Under the pieces are notes generated by a model, which had not been told where the DNA came from, did no database searches, and saw nothing but the letters and a program-made list of their open reading frames with translations. This document shows, in pieces, positions 34,905-49,249 of a stretch of DNA of 64,000 bases (positions within the stretch are counted from its first letter, which is position 1; each line of letters starts with the position of its first letter). This DNA is from Lama glama (Eukaryota), in NCBI GenBank assembly GCA_028534125.1, contig CM052817.1, positions 50,284,001 through 50,348,000 on the forward strand, read 5' to 3'. The translations under genes were made by a program, and so were the position numbers.

Positions 34905-37128
34905 AAGAAAACCGGACAAAGACATAACAAGAAAAGTAAAACTACAGATCAGTATCTCTTGTGAAAATAAATGGAAAAATGCTCAACAAAATCCTAGCAA
35001 ATGTGTCTGGCAACATAGAAGAAGAATTATACACCAAGACCAAAAAGATTTATCCCAGGAAAACAAAATTGCTTTAACATCTGAATATGATACACCATAT
35101 AAGCAGATAAAGAATAAAGAAACTACATGATCATTTCAATAGATGCAGAAAAAGCATTTCATAAAATCCAATACCATTTCATGATGAGAACACTTAACAA
35201 ACTTGGAATATTAGGTAACTTCCTCAACCTGATAAAGCCTATTTATGAAAAATTCACAGCTAACTTTATACTGAATGGTTAAAGACTGAATACTTTCCTC
35301 CTAAGATCAGGAACAAGACATAGATGTAGTCTACTGCCACTTCTAGTTGATATTGTACTAGAAATTTTAGCCAGGGAAACTTTAGGCAAGAAGTGAAATG
35401 ATAGGCACTTAAATTGGAAAGGGAAAAGCAAAATTACCCCTATTCACAGATGACATGATCTTGAATATAAGGAATCCATTAAATGCTTTTAGAACTAGTT
35501 AGTTCAGAAAGGTTACAGGATACAAGATTAATATATAGAAACCAACTGTATTTCTCTACACTAGCAATACACAATTGAAAAATGAAATTAAAAAAACAAT
35601 TTCATTTAAAATAGCATACAGAAGAATCAAATAATTATAAAGTAATAGATGAAGAATTGCACTCTGAAAATGATAAAACATTGCTGAAAGAAATTAAAGA
35701 TGACCTGAGTAAATGGAGAAACATCTCATGTACATAGATTAGAAGACTTAATCTTCTTAAGAGGAAAGTATTCCCTAAATTGATCTACAGAGTCAATGCA
35801 ATTTTAATCAGAACCCCAACTTAAGTCTTTGTAGATACTTACAAGCTGATCTTAAAATTCATTTGGAAACTCAAGAGTCCAGAAGAGACAAAATGATCTT
35901 AAAAAATAGGAACAAAGTTGGAAGACTGACAATACTGATTTTAAAACTTACCACAAAGCAACAGTAATCAGCACAGGGTGGTAAAAAGCGTAAGGATAGA
36001 CATACAGATCACTGGAATAGAATTTAAGAGTTCAGAAATAAACCCCTACTTTTAAGGTCATTTGATTTTTAACAAGGTACCTAAACAATTCAAAGGGGAA
36101 AGAATAATCTTTTCAATAAATAGTGCTGGGACAACTGGTTAGCTACATGCAAAATAATGAAGTTGGACCCCTACCTTATACTACATATAAAAATTAATTC
36201 AAAATGGACTACAGACTTAACTGTAAGAACTAAAACTATAAAATTCTTCGAAGAAAAAAACATATGTACAAATCTTTGTGACCTTGGATTTGGCAGTGGC
36301 TCTTAGACTTGGTATCAAAAGTACAGGCAAAAAATAAAAAATAGATACATTGTACTATTAAAATTAAAAATTGATGTGCATCAAAGGACATTATCAAGAA
36401 AGTTAAAAAAACAACAGAGTGGAAGAAAATATTTGCAAATCTTGCATCTGATAAGAGACTTGTCTAGAATATATAAAGAACTCTTAGAACTCAACAATAA
36501 AAAGACAAATAACAATTTAAAAATGGACAGAACATCTGCATGGAAATTTTTCTGAAGGTGATAACACAAATAGCCATGGAAAGATGCTCAAATTGTTAAC
36601 CTTCAGGGAAATGGAATCAAAACCACAGTGAGATGTTACTTCAAACCTACTAGGATGGCTGTAATCAAAGAGAGAGATAATATCAAATGTTGGTAAGGAT
36701 ACAGAGAAATTGGAACCCTCATACCACACTAGTGGGAATGTAAAATAGTGTAGCCACGTTAGAAAACCATCTGTTAGTTCCTCAAAAAGTTAAACATAGA
36801 GTTACCATTTGACCCAGCAATTCAACTCTGTGGTATACATCTAGGAAAAATGGAAGCATATATTCACACAAAAACTTGTACATAAATGTCTATAGCAGCA
36901 TTATTCATAATAACCAAAATTTGAAAACAACCCAAGTGTTCACCAACCAATAAGTGGATAACCAAAATGTATATACATTAAGTGAAATATTTTTTGGCTA
37001 TATAAAGGAATGAAAGACTGAACTGTACTAAAACATGGCAGGACCTTGAAAATATTTTGCTAAGTTAAAGCAAGTCACTAAAATCATACTATATGATTCC
37101 ATTGTCTAGAATAGGCAAATCTATAACA
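34905..37128 (+). mobile_element. L1MB-like element, ORF2 (RT to C terminus) and partial 3' UTR
   Basis: Reads as [12 protein letters not shown] (~35125) and LFTDDMIL (35440-35463, RT FADD motif); 3' UTR ggaaccctcataccacactagtgggaatgtaaaat...ataggcaaatctata; many stops; no poly(A). Confidence 0.93.
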
Positions 37129-37530
37129 ATAGTTTAATTGCAGTATAAAATTTTGTACTGAAATTTATTTTCTTTCAAAACTTTAACATACTGCTCAAAT
37201 ATTCACTTATATCTAGGGTAACTCTTGAAAAGTTTAATAATCCCATAATTATTTTTTGTGAGTGATCTTTTTCTCTCTAAAAACTTTTCAATTTTTTTTT
37301 CATTTTGATACTGTTAAATTTCGTATAATGTGTCCAGATGTTTCATTTTTGTCCTTTGACTTTTTAAAAAATAATCTCTTTTGCTTTTTCTTTTAAATTT
37401 GATGTTTCACATCTTTAGTTCATCTGAAGTGTTCCTCAGTCTGATCTCCCTAGTCACTAATGCTCTTGGACTTTATTGATTAGGTTTTTATCTTCAGTAT
37501 TGAATTTATATTTTATCTATTATATATATT
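37129..37530 (-). mobile_element. Old L1 ORF1-region fragment
   Basis: cagtataaaattttgtactgaaatttattttctttcaaaacttt...tataatgtgtccagatg resembles antisense L1ME ORF1. Confidence 0.5.
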
Positions 37531-37540
37531 TTTGAAAAAA

Positions 37541-39750
37541 TATTTTATTTTGGGATATTTTAAACATAAAAATATAGACAGAATAAGAGAATAGACCACC
37601 ATTAATCCATCACTGGCTTAAACATTTATCAGCTCATGGTTTATCTTGTTTCATTTCTACCCTTACCTGTTTTTCTCCTTCCTTTCAAATTATCTTGAAA
37701 TAAACCCCAAACCTCATAACATTTCATCTATAAATATTTCAGCATGTGTCCCTACATATCTGAATTATTTCTAAGCAAAGCCATTATTTCTAAGCATACC
37801 ATTGTCATTAACATTCACTCCTTACCATTAATAAATATCCAATCAGAACTTAAAATCCATAATTTATCTGTAATTCTCTCATTAATTATTCTCTATAGTT
37901 TATTTGGTGAAGTCAGTATTGAAATAGTTTATATTGCAATTGCTTGAGTTTTCTCTTCAATCTCTTTATATAGACCTTTCTCTTTCTCTCTCATATTTAC
38001 TAAAGAAATCAGTTACTTGTTTTGTATAGTTTCCCACAGTCTGAATTTTGTTGGTTGCAACCCTGTGGTGTTCTTTAAAATCATTTCTGTGAAGCCAGTA
38101 TTTGCTGTAAATTAATAGTAAGTACTAGACGCTTGAATAGGTTTTTTTTAGAATTTTGGACAAAACTTCTCAATAGATAATTATTGAATACTTCTATCAG
38201 AAGGTCCATAAAGGCCTTTTTAGGTTTTGGATGATACCATTTATTGATCATCATTGTCTAGGTTTATAATTTCATTAGGAACTGCAAAATGATGATATTT
38301 TACTTTCTCACTCACCCTCATTTATAAGCTGGAATGTTATGGGATGAATTGTGTTTCTGAAAAATGTTGAGTCCTAATTCCTGTACCTGTGAATGTGATC
38401 TTATTCGGAAGTAAGATCTTTGCATATGTAATCAAGTTAAGATGAGGTCGTTAGAGCGGGTCCTTAATCTAGTATGACTGGTGTTTTTATAGGAAGAGGG
38501 AAATTTGGATACAGACTTAGACACAGACACACAGGGAAGATGACCATGTAAAGACAGAAACAGTGATTAAAATTATGCTACCACAAGTCAGGGAATACCT
38601 GGGGCTAACAGAAGCTGGAAGAGACAAAGAAGGATCCTCCTTTAGGGGCTCTGAAGGAAGTTTTGGCCCTGCCAAAACTTGATTTTGGGCTTCTGGCCTT
38701 CAACTTCCAGAGAATAAATTTCTCATTTTTAAAGCTTACCCAGTTTGTCATAGTTTTGTTTTTTTTTTCTATCAGAAGCCCTAGAAAACTAATATTCTAT
38801 ATTATCTTCCTTTATCAACTCTTCAGGTTACCATAAAGTTAATTAAATATAGGAAAGGAAGAATATTTGCTTGATTCTTTCCACTTGTTTGCCAATTTTC
38901 TAAATAATGTTTTCCAAAGGTGACCAGTGAAGTTTTCATTTTGTTTCAGTTTTTGTTGTTTTTCATACTAAATATATACAAATGGATTTAAACATATTTT
39001 ATGTCTTTAGGTGCATTGCAATTCTTGATGTTTGTATTACTCAATCTTCGGGCTCTTCAGTTGGCTCCTAACTGCTTTTGACTCACTCTCAGAAGTCTTT
39101 GATAATTTCCTTGTGAATTGATTGATATGACAAGATATTTCAAGTTCATTTTATGTATTTACTAGTTGAGACCTCAAATCACATATTTCTTTAAGAAGCT
39201 ATGGTTTCCTTTAGGGAAAATGGTACTTAGAGACCATAAGATGGGCACCAAGGAAGCTTATAGCTACTAAGGTTTGTCTTTATTATAGCTAGGAAATATA
39301 TACGTATATTTTTAGGATCAAATACATTATGAACTCATATCAACATTTCCAATTCAAATTCAGGACTATAGGATTTTTACTTAAGCTCATCTATTTACAT
39401 AGGTTTCTCCTTTTCCCGTGTTCCTAATTCCAGTATCTCTGTACTCATGTGATTTCTTATTTGCTTTATTCTAAAATATAACTGCAGCAGTCATAGACTG
39501 AGTATCAATACTACCACCTACAATATGATTGCTGAAAATTATTTTCAGTTCTTTTTGTCCTTGTGATACATTACTCCAAGGATGTATTGTCAATCTTTGT
39601 TTTAGTGTCATTAGGAAGGGTTATTCTCTTTGATTATGCCACAAACTGAATATATGTTTAGGTTCATTTGTTTAATTTTTCTTTAAAATGTTTATATTGC
39701 TTTTTTATATTTTAGTTTTGTTTTATAATTACATACATCTTGTCAAAATC
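37541..39750 (-). mobile_element. L1MC4/L1MC5-like long 3' end, interrupted by MLT1C
   Basis: atttcatctataaatatttcagcatgtg, tttcccacagtctgaattttg, ttcattaggaactgcaaaatgatgata, caattcaaattcaggactatagg. Confidence 0.75.
38335..38795 (+). mobile_element. MLT1C-like MaLR solo LTR
   Basis: tgttatgggatgaattgtg...tgtaatcaagttaagatgaggtc...agaagctggaagagacaaagaaggatcctcc...agaataaatttc...gccctagaaaactaata. Confidence 0.9.
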
Positions 39751-40403
39751 ATTCTATACTTCTGGTTAATCTTACTTTTTCCTTAATCTTTAAAGTATAT
39801 TTATACTTATTTCATATTTTTCATATGTGTTACATTTATATTTGATCCCAGTTTAGATTGCTCAATTTGTTGATTTTTCATTAACATGCATCCCTCTCCT
39901 GTGGCACCAAGCCCCCACTTGCCCCAGACTTTATTTTCCTCTCCACACCATGTTGCAGCAAACTTTTATCTCCCTAGGGATTCCTCAGGATCTTTGGTAT
40001 GCCAGATCTTCATGCTTTCTTTTTACCTATGTGGCATATCCAAGCATTAGGCTGGGCAGGGAAGTGGTAACTCAGCAAGCCTACCACCAGCAGTTAGGAG
40101 TCCTAATTAGTTATTTTGAATATTTTAAAATATAAGGACCACTAAGCAAAGACTATTTGAATATTATCAATTCTTAAGGGGGAAAGAATTTTAGTTATAG
40201 AAATAAATAACAGAAATTGTTTCCAATTATCCAACTTTGGTACAATCAAATACAAAAAACAACCAATTATATTCCTATTGAATAGCTGGCTTCATTATTC
40301 TATTACTATTTTACATAAAGAATATATTTTCCCTTTGCATTTTATATTTTCTTTCACAGTGTATTTTCTTGCTTTTTAAAATATGCTGTATGTTTTAATT
40401 ATC

Positions 40404-40565
40404 AGCGTAAACATGGACTTTAGAGTAAGATGGACTTAAATTCCAATTCTATACTAGCAAGCTCTGTGACTTGGTCAGCTATAATAATAATAATCTCTAA
40501 TTTGTAGTGATTTTGTAAACATAGTGTTTGGCACTTAGAAAATGTTCAGTAAATACTGGTTTTTT
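40404..40565 (+). mobile_element. MIR remnant with internal deletions
   Basis: catggactttagagtaaga...ctgtgacttgg...atagtgtttggcacttag...ttcagtaaatac. Confidence 0.6.
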
Positions 40566-43500
40566 GTGATGATGACAATGATTAATGATGCCTATGAAGA
40601 TAAAGATGACAGTGATGATGGGAGACTACACTTCTCTTTTCCATGTGCCTTCAGTTATAATGAAAGATTTAATTAGCAATGACTAAGTAGTGAATATATT
40701 TAAAGTATCAGAAATATATCTATTCAAAAAAATTAGAGACAGATGTTACAGTATATATCCTTTTATCTGAAATATGAGACTGAAGTAAACAATTTGGTTC
40801 TAACAGTATGATAATTTAAACTAACCGCTATCTTATAATGTGTACTGATTTAGATTTTAAAGAAATCAGTAATAAATTTTGGGGAATTTTGTCTTTTGAT
40901 TTGAGTAAAAATGCTTATATGAGAAAAAGTATTCTCTCTTTAATTTTTATTTCATAGATAACAACTCTTTATTTACAATGTGAGCTATGTTTCCATCTTA
41001 GTTTTTAATTCTTTGTGAGTTTTCTGTTTATAGTTCCTGTTTTGCTCACTTATATCTTGATAGTATTTATAGTTGTGCACTGCAGAGATTGGGAAGGAAT
41101 CAGGTACCCTGAATTGTGCTGGAATGAACTCTCTCTCATCTTGTTAAAAGGCTTCAAATTTACTTAACACAATCAGTGCTTTCTGGGATTTGGAATTTTC
41201 TAAATCCCCAATCCAGTGACGTGTCTAAATTTTTGCACCTGTACTCAAGGATTAGTGTTCATTTGCCTCATTCATTTAAACAAAGTGTAGGAGAACAGAG
41301 TAGGACAGAGCTGAAGGAAAGACGACTAGTGGTGCAGGTGATGCTTTGAATGCCGCTTACTGACTGGGTCCACGTGTGGTCTAGGTAGGTGGCCTTTTCT
41401 GCTTTCCAGGCTGAGATGTGTGAAGATTACTGGAAAGAGGAAAGAAAAATGTGATTTTGATTCAGATTTAAAATTTCTGTTAGCACAAGTTGATTACCCT
41501 GCTTTATAAGGGGATAAATCTGCTGTAGAGAAGACTATTACACTTCTCTTTAAGACTAAGTGCCCTTAAAATAGTTCCAAATATCTGGATTTAATACCAT
41601 ATGCTTCAATTGTGCTATATTTGTATGATAAATATATTTAAATAAAACATGCCTCCTCAGGTTTTTCCCTATGGTTTTGAAAGAGCTAAGAAATTCTTTC
41701 ATTTACCCAACACACATTTATTAAATGCCTACTGTGTGCAGGTATTTGCACTTAGAAAAATCAGAATTCACTTAGGGTGACTTAAGGTCAATCTTTCAGA
41801 GCTCTCAGATCAGTGCTTTCCACTTAGGTGAACTATTTCATGTAAACTACTTACGAACAGCAATGGGAATTTCCCTGACTAGGTACAGGGATGAAGTTCA
41901 CTGCCATAGACTGAAAAGAAAGGCAGTTGCTCCTAGGACTGATATTAATACTGTCTTCTAACCAATGAGCTAAACAGTCTCAGACTTTGAAAAGAAGATG
42001 CTCCTTGATTAGAAGAGGAACAAACTCAACAGATTTCAGAAATTTCAATGGGTTCTATAGATTTTAAAAACTCCAAATTTTAATGTCAACCAGGAAACAA
42101 CTGTCTTTGTCTTGTAGCTGTTAATCTGAGCCTGCACTTAGGAGGCAATTTTATGTTTTAATTTTTCAGGTTTTTACTTGTTTTTCTTTCTCAAAGCAAA
42201 CATGCTGAGTTTGAAACGAACCATCGTTATTGCTGATAAATACACACGTGAATCTGACCTGGCTGTACAAATAAAGTCCACTCTCCATAGTGATCAGGAG
42301 CAGCAGTGTCTGACTACAGAAGGTGGCTGGCTGAATTCACAGACAGTACAATTTAATTCCTCCCTCTGCAAATGTTGATTAAACTGAAAGAGGATCCTTT
42401 GTAAAGCTAATTCAATAGCACCGGCTCCTCTCTGGAAAAGCTGGAGGATGATCTCACTATCACAAGAGGCCATTAGCTTTTCCTGCAGCAAAACTCGCCA
42501 TCTGGCCTGGACTCTGCTGATTGGATGGGAGCTTTTCTAGCAACTTTATTCTTTTGGTGGTGATTGTGAGAGGTGGGAACTGGGAGGGGGTAGCTGGACA
42601 ACATATGACTGCTGTTCTCTCTTGGGGGAGCCAGGTGAACTCTAAGCACTGTCTGATAGCAGCAAGACATGCATGGCATTGATTGTGTGTTGTCCAGCAT
42701 TAGTCACAGATGACTTGGTCATTTATGATCAGCATGGCATGGTGGACAGTAAAAAAGCAAAACAAAACAAAACAACCTTTCTTCATAACCTAGTAATCTT
42801 TGACTTTTAATCCTGTCATTAGACAGCTGATCTAGGAAAGCCACTGAAGCATTGCTTTTATTAGCAATGGATGAAGCATCTTTCAAATGACAACCAGCCT
42901 AAGCCTTGAATCAAATTTAAATTTACTGTGTTAACGTTCTCTGTCAGTTCTGATGGTAGTCCCTGTTTTTAGCATCTCTTGGCATTACAGAGTTAGAATT
43001 CTGACTAAATTGTTGGGAATCGGGGTCAAAATTGAGTATTGTGTTGCCTTTGTTAAACTGCACTCAGGGTTAATTGCTGTTAATTATGCAGCTGCTCTTT
43101 GGTGCAGTTTTGTCCAGTTCTATATCTGAACGTAGGGGAAGAAATACACAGGGAGGCTTTAGAAAAAGTAAGACTTGAGCAAAACAGCTGATCATAGCAC
43201 AGATGGAAGACTGAAAATTTGTTCTTTCTTTCACATTTATTTTTTTTAAAGATTCTGGTTCAGTAACAGAGCAAAATCAGTTAGTAAAAAGAACAACATG
43301 CAGTTGTCAGTATTTAAGAGGGGTTGGTATGGCTATTATTGGGTAGAATGTCTAAGTATTACTCCTGTAGCAAATAAAGCAGTGAGTCTATTCACTTAAG
43401 ATGTGAAATAAAAGAAAAGGATAGTGAGGCTGGAAAAGGCCTCCTTAGCTGGTTCTGAGTGGTGTTAAAAAGGCCATATTGACAAATCAGGGACTTAATA

Positions 43501-44349
43501 TCATGTGCACAGCAATTTAGGTTTTGAATGTCACTCGGTAGTTTACCTTAATTTATTTGACAGAAGTAGTAAGTCTTACTTGCTTGGCAAAATAATAAAT
43601 GTTCCCATTCTTCTGGATTATATATTTCTTTACTTGACTCTGCGTATCAAGTACACGAGAAATGAAGTTTATGCAAAATTCCATACCATTAATTAGTGGA
43701 TTACTGTAACTGAATCAGTTTTCAGGGTAACATTCCTAAAAGGCACTGTAGATTTTTAAAACATTAATTTACAACAAGAGGAGGAGAAAAGGGTATATGG
43801 TAGAGACAGAAACATGCTCTACATGGATGGTGGGGTGGAGTCTAAATTGGCAGAATCCTTCCACTTATTTAACTCTCTTCTCATTCTAACCTCACTCCAG
43901 CATGGCCTCAGGCTCTAGATTCAGTTCACAGGGGAGAGGCCTGTGATGAGATGGAATCAATTCAGTCTGGTTTTTCCCTCAACCAAGCCAAGTAATGTGG
44001 TCATATAAAAGTTTACTCAATTGACAGCAGTCACTTAGATCCTCCTATTAACAATTCCAAGACAGGTAAAGGTCACAGTCAACAGAAACTCAGCATTGCT
44101 TATGGCATACATGGACATGTGCAAATGCTAAACTGAGGGACCTCAGAAGTAGGTGCATCACCAACTGGAGTAAGTGTAATAGCTCCAGCTGAGTACCTAA
44201 CGGGTAAGGAATATGATATAGAAGAGAGCTGTGAATGCTGCATAGCTACTCAAGGATAGTTTTAGGAAAGGATAAATTTAAAATAGGATTTTATAGGAGG
44301 GTTGCCACTTCTAAGTAGGGAAATAAAAGGTTTTCGTACAAATGAATAA

Positions 44350-44580
44350 ATAAGCATCCATTGAGTGATAACTGTATGTTAATTATTTTGAGTTTTTGTA
44401 TTTACCAACTCTTTTAATCTTTGCAGCAGTTCTGTCAGATGTCATTCCTCATTTTACAGAGGAGTTGAGACTCTGATATTTAGTATCTGGGTCGAATAGC
44501 TGGAGGGGGCTGGAAATCGGATCCCAGGTGTTGGCCCTTGTAGTCCAATCCCCCTTCCGCCTCCATTGCACCACAGTGGC
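44350..44580 (-). mobile_element. MIR SINE
   Basis: tttaatctttgcagcagttctg...cctcattttacagaggag...ggatcccaggt...cattgcaccacag. Confidence 0.7.
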
Positions 44581-45921
44581 CAGTCCTCGTAACACTCAGA
44601 CAGGAGCAGTGCCACCACCGGAAAGTGGAAAGCTAAGATATTTCTACCTGATCCCAGAGCTTTTGATACTTTCCATAGTGTTTGCTGTCATCACTACTAT
44701 TTCCTGCCCACTCTCCCTCTGCTGGTCACAGAGGAAGCCATAGAAAGATGTTCTCACACCCATGGGTCCCCCTGTGCAGGTACTGGCAGCGCTTGATAAG
44801 TTGATTCATACTCTAGAGTTCTCAGCGGCTCTTCCTCTCAGCTTTCACCCTCAGTCTTCTGCACAGCACGCCTGTGGCAGCTCTGCTAATCTACTATCAG
44901 ACAAAGAAGGAGAAAAAAAGCAGGAGGCTGACACAATACTCATATTAGGTAAATCTTTCCCCTGCTAGTACTTTTCATCCTGGGATTATTTTGTGAGCAC
45001 AAATTTAGTTAGAAAACAATTGATCTGAACTCATGCACTGACATTTGCTCCTTCTAATTGCTATAATGTGGTTTCATTCTGATTTCATGCAAGCAGTGCA
45101 ATCTTCACGCACAAACTATTGATTAATTACACATTTAAGATGTTTGAGAGTTTTGGAAGAGTGCATTTGTGGTTCCCTAGGATGTTCTTCTTTATTTTCC
45201 CTGCCTGAACTTTTCCCTGTTTCCTCACCTTCCCACCACCTATTGCCATTCCAATTAGTCTTGAAAGCATTTGCCTTATAAATAGAAAATCAGAATTGTG
45301 TTTTACCACTTATCTGCTAACTCACGTTGGGACTTGGGAGAGTGGCTGGTGTGAAGGATGACTCAAAGCAACATTATTTTTTCTTCTTACTCAGTAGTCT
45401 CACTGAAACGCTTTTGGATGTGAGGACAGTGTTTATAAACACCCACAGCCAGTTGGGTTAGCAGATTGTTTTCATGTGGGCACATGTGTGTGGCTTGTTA
45501 CTGTGGGCTGTGCATTCCTCCTGGAGAGGTTCTGTTGTTATGTGTGTTATGAATTTTCAAGTAAGGTAAGAACAATAGCTGTAAAGGGCCCAATCCAATG
45601 ATGGCACAAGGTGAATAAAATTACTCCCTCTGGGAAGTAAAATGCTCATTTAGTACAGGGAAATTATCATTTCCAAGTAGAACATTTGGCTTCCTGAGAG
45701 TGAAAGTGGCTGCACAGCTTGATAATAACACCTCAGGCTGTAATAGTACCCTTTCCCTTTGAGAGCTGGGCTCTTTGCTCTTAAATTTATCTTTACAACA
45801 TCCTTGCAAAGTAAGTAGGCTCGGATGTTATTGGCCATTTTTTTTTATGGATGAAGAAAGTGAGAGGCTGAAAAATTCAGCAACTTTTCCTTTCTGGAAG
45901 CCCAGAAATCAATCCTTAGGT

Positions 45922-46132
45922 CAGAGTTTCTCAATGTTGGTGCCTTTGACGTCTTTGACTGATAATGGTTTGTTGTGGGGACTGTCCTGTGCATCATAGG
46001 ACTTTAGCAGCATCCCTGGTCTCTATCTACTAGCTGCCAGAATCACCTCCCAGCTGTGACAACCAAAAAATGTCTCTAGACATTGTCAAGTGTCGCCTGG
46101 GTGGCAGAATCACCTCCAGTTGAGAACCCCTG
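45922..46132 (+). mobile_element. MER20 hAT-Charlie MITE
   Basis: TIRs cagagtttctcaa...ttgagaacccctg; internal ctgtcctgtgcatc, agcagcatccctgg, gtgacaaccaaaaaatgtctctagacattg. Confidence 0.92.
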
Positions 46133-46239
46133 ATCTAGATTGGTCATTCTGTGCAATCTCCTGTATCCTGTAGGAAACCTTAGGGCAGACTTGAAATTAT
46201 CAAAATCTGCATTGACATCCATAGTTTCTTTTATCTATA

Positions 46240-46640
46240 ATAAAGAGTACTTACGTAGGTTTCACCATTATAGGGACTTTATGTAAAATTTGTTCCACTC
46301 TCACAGCAGTCCTATTTTAATCTCATTTTACATGTAAGGAAACAGAACCATTAGAGATATTAGCTGCATGTGTTTACACAGCTAGGCGGCTGGGTTGGTT
46401 TCATGGGCATGTGACCTGTGCCGTTTCACAGGGTCCATGTTTAGAAGAGGCTAATGCTCGGTTTAATGGTCTGCTGTTGTCATATTGAAATTCTTAATCA
46501 TTTTTATACCAAGGGGCCCATATTTTCATTTTGTATTGGGCTCCACAAATTATGTAGCTAGTTCTGTAAGTAAAAGAGCCAGTATTTGAATCCAGGTTGT
46601 CTAAAGACTATATGCTTAATGTTTTCACCATACTGCCTCT
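46240..46640 (-). mobile_element. MIR split by MER53
   Basis: ctcattttacatgtaaggaaacaga...acacagcta [MER53] agagccagtatttgaatccagg...ccatactgcctct. Confidence 0.7.
46390..46566 (+). mobile_element. MER53 hAT MITE
   Basis: ttcatgggcatgtgacctgtgc...ttgaaattcttaat...aaggggccccatattttcattttg...cacaaattatgtagc. Confidence 0.88.
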
Positions 46641-46656
46641 TATTCTCTTGTTCTTT

Positions 46657-47560
46657 CACTCATTTATTCCCTCAGTAAATTGTACTATGAGTTTATTATG
46701 AACCAGGAACTAATCTTGGCACTGAGGGAACAATGGAGGCACAACAGATGCTGTCCCTTCTTTCATGAAGCTCACAGTCTCAGGAGGAATACAGACCAAT
46801 AAACAGGCATTGCAATTCAGCATGGTGTGTGTTGGGATAGGGGAAGCCTGGTTGCCATGCGAGCATATAGGAGAGCACTTTACACAATCTGGGGGATCAG
46901 AGAAGGTTTACAAGCTGAGGCATAAGGGCTGGATAACAATAATACAGCCAAAAAATGGGGAAGAAGTATGATCTAAACAAAAGAAATGCTAGTACAAATG
47001 CTAAGAAGTGAGGGGAAGTGTAACATAATTAGGGAATTAAAAATAGCACAATGTGGATGAAGAGCTGAATTAGTCAACTTTCACTGTTACGGTGTAATAA
47101 CAACCTCACCATCTTGGTTGTTACAGCAAAGGTTTATTTGTCACACATATTGCAGATGATCTGCTATTGTGTTGTGGTGCTACTCACTGAGTCTTCATCT
47201 TAGGACCAAGGCTGGAGGAACAATTCCTAATTGGACACAAAACTCTCATGGGAGAAAAACAGAAATGATTAAATCACAATCCCACTGATTCACATTCCAT
47301 TGGTTAAGCAAACATATGGCCAAGCTAGTCATGAATGGAGCAGGGAAGTATTCCTCTCCTCTAGGGGATACTACCACTCTGATGGCAATGACCAGGATAT
47401 ATTCCTTTTAATGGGAGGGCAAGAGACTATTGGGAACAATAATATGTTTGACCATGTAAAGTGAGAGGAAAGGAGTAACAAGAGATGAAGTTTTAGAAAT
47501 AAGCACGAGCTCAGTTATGTCAAGTCTTATAGATTATATTAAAGAGTTTAGGCTCAATCT
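46657..47560 (-). mobile_element. L2 3' region, interrupted by a MaLR LTR
   Basis: tcactcatttatt...tgtcccttctttcatgaagctcacagtct...aataaacaggc; resumes ~47457 gagatgaag...ttaaagagtttagg. Confidence 0.75.
47066..47456 (-). mobile_element. MLT1I-like MaLR LTR
   Basis: aaaggtttatttgtcacac, ggaccaaggctg, cacattccattggttaagcaaacatatggccaag, gggaacaataat. Confidence 0.7.
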
Positions 47561-47984
47561 GTTATTCTTTTCTCCACTTTTTATTAGGTCCTAAGCAACT
47601 TACTCAATATCTGCTTTTAAATTCAACAGAAATGAACAACAATGACAACAGCAGCAACAAACGAAACAAAAACCCCAAATGATAAACTCATTACACATTA
47701 AAGTGCAAATGATTCATGTACGGTACTTATGTTTTTACAGAAACAAAGAAAAGAATCAGTAATTGTAGAATATCAGGCAATAGAGTACAGATGAAGAGTG
47801 AATTTTTATCTGTGGAGGAAGGAATTTCTTGGGGTTTTGGATATCATACCTTTTTATTGCTGATTTCTAAGTGTGGATCTGGTGACGAAGACTAATCCAT
47901 AAATGTTTATTGAGCACACTTTAAAACTTTAAGAACTGGTAATTTCTGAACATACATCTTCAAGATGCAATTGAGACTAATGAG

Positions 47985-48085
47985 AGAGAGACTGGCACAG
48001 TGAAAAGGATACAAATCTTGACTTCTGAGAGACCTGCATTTGACTCTTGATTTATTCAGCTAATATCTGTAAATTTGGGCAGACT
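47985..48085 (+). mobile_element. MIR 5' half, split by L1 (3' half at ~49163-49233)
   Basis: gagacctgcatttgactctt...tttgggcag [L1] gggcac...ctttgagctttggttttctcatctgtaaaatgag. Confidence 0.7.
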
Positions 48086-48089
48086 TTCT

Positions 48090-49162
48090 CCCGCTTTTTT
48101 AATTAAAGATAGCTGGTTTATAATGTTGTGTCAATTTCTGTTGTACGGTGTAATGTTTCAGTCATACAAATACATACATATATTCATTTTAATATTCTTT
48201 TTCATTATAGGTTACTTCAAGAAATTGAATAAAGTTCCCTGTGCTATACAGTAGAATCTTGTTATTTATCTATTTTATGTATAGTAGTTAGTATCTGTAA
48301 ATCTCAAACTCCTAATTTATCTCTTTCCACCCTTTTTCTCCCCTGGTAACCATAAGTTTGTTTTCTATGTGAATTTGTTTCTGTTTTATAAATAAATTCA
48401 TTTGTCTCATTATTTTTAGATTCCACATATAAGTGATATCATATGGTATTCTTTCTCTTTCTGGCTTACTTATAACAATCTTCAGGTCCATCCATGTTGC
48501 TGCAAATGATATTCTTTTATTCTTTTTTATGGCTGAGTAGTATTCATTATATATATATTCACATCTTTATCCAGTCATCTGTCGATGGACATTTCGGTTG
48601 TTTCCATGTCTTGGCTATTGTAAATAGTGCTGCTATAAACATTAGGGTGCATGTATCTTTCCAAGTTAGAATTTTCAATGGATATATGCTCAGGAGTGGT
48701 ATTGCTGGATCATATGGTAGCTCTATTTTTAGTTTTTTAAGGAATCTCCATACTGTTTTCCATAATGGCTACACCAAACTAAATTCCCAACAATAGTATG
48801 GGAGGGCTCCCCCTTTCTTTATGCCCCCTCCAGCGTTTATTGTTTATGGACTTTAGAATGATGGCCCTTGTGACTATTGTGAGGTGATACTTCATTGTAG
48901 TTTTGATTTGCATTGCTCTGATAATTAGTGATATTGGGCATTTTTTCATGTTCCTATTGGCAATTTGTATGTCTTCATTGGAGAAATGCTTATTTAGGTC
49001 TTCTGCTCATTTTTGGACTCGAGTGTTTGTTTTTTTATTATTAAGTTGTATGAGCTGTTTGTATATTCTGGAAATTAGTCCTTTGTTGGTTGCATCATTT
49101 GTAAATATTTTCTTCCATTCTGTAGGTTGTCTTTTTCTTTTGTTTATAGTTTCCTTTGCTGT
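48090..49162 (-). mobile_element. 5'-truncated L1, same subfamily type as 369-1627
   Basis: Shares diagnostic text with 369-1627 (tagtagttagtatctg.aaatctcaaact, ttattgtttatggact, agttgtatgagctgttt.tatattctggaaatt). Confidence 0.95.
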
Positions 49163-49249
49163 GGGCACATTATTGAACATCTTTGAGCTTTGGTTTTCTC
49201 ATCTGTAAAATGAGATTTTAATATTTCCCTTCCAGCCAAAAATCCAACA

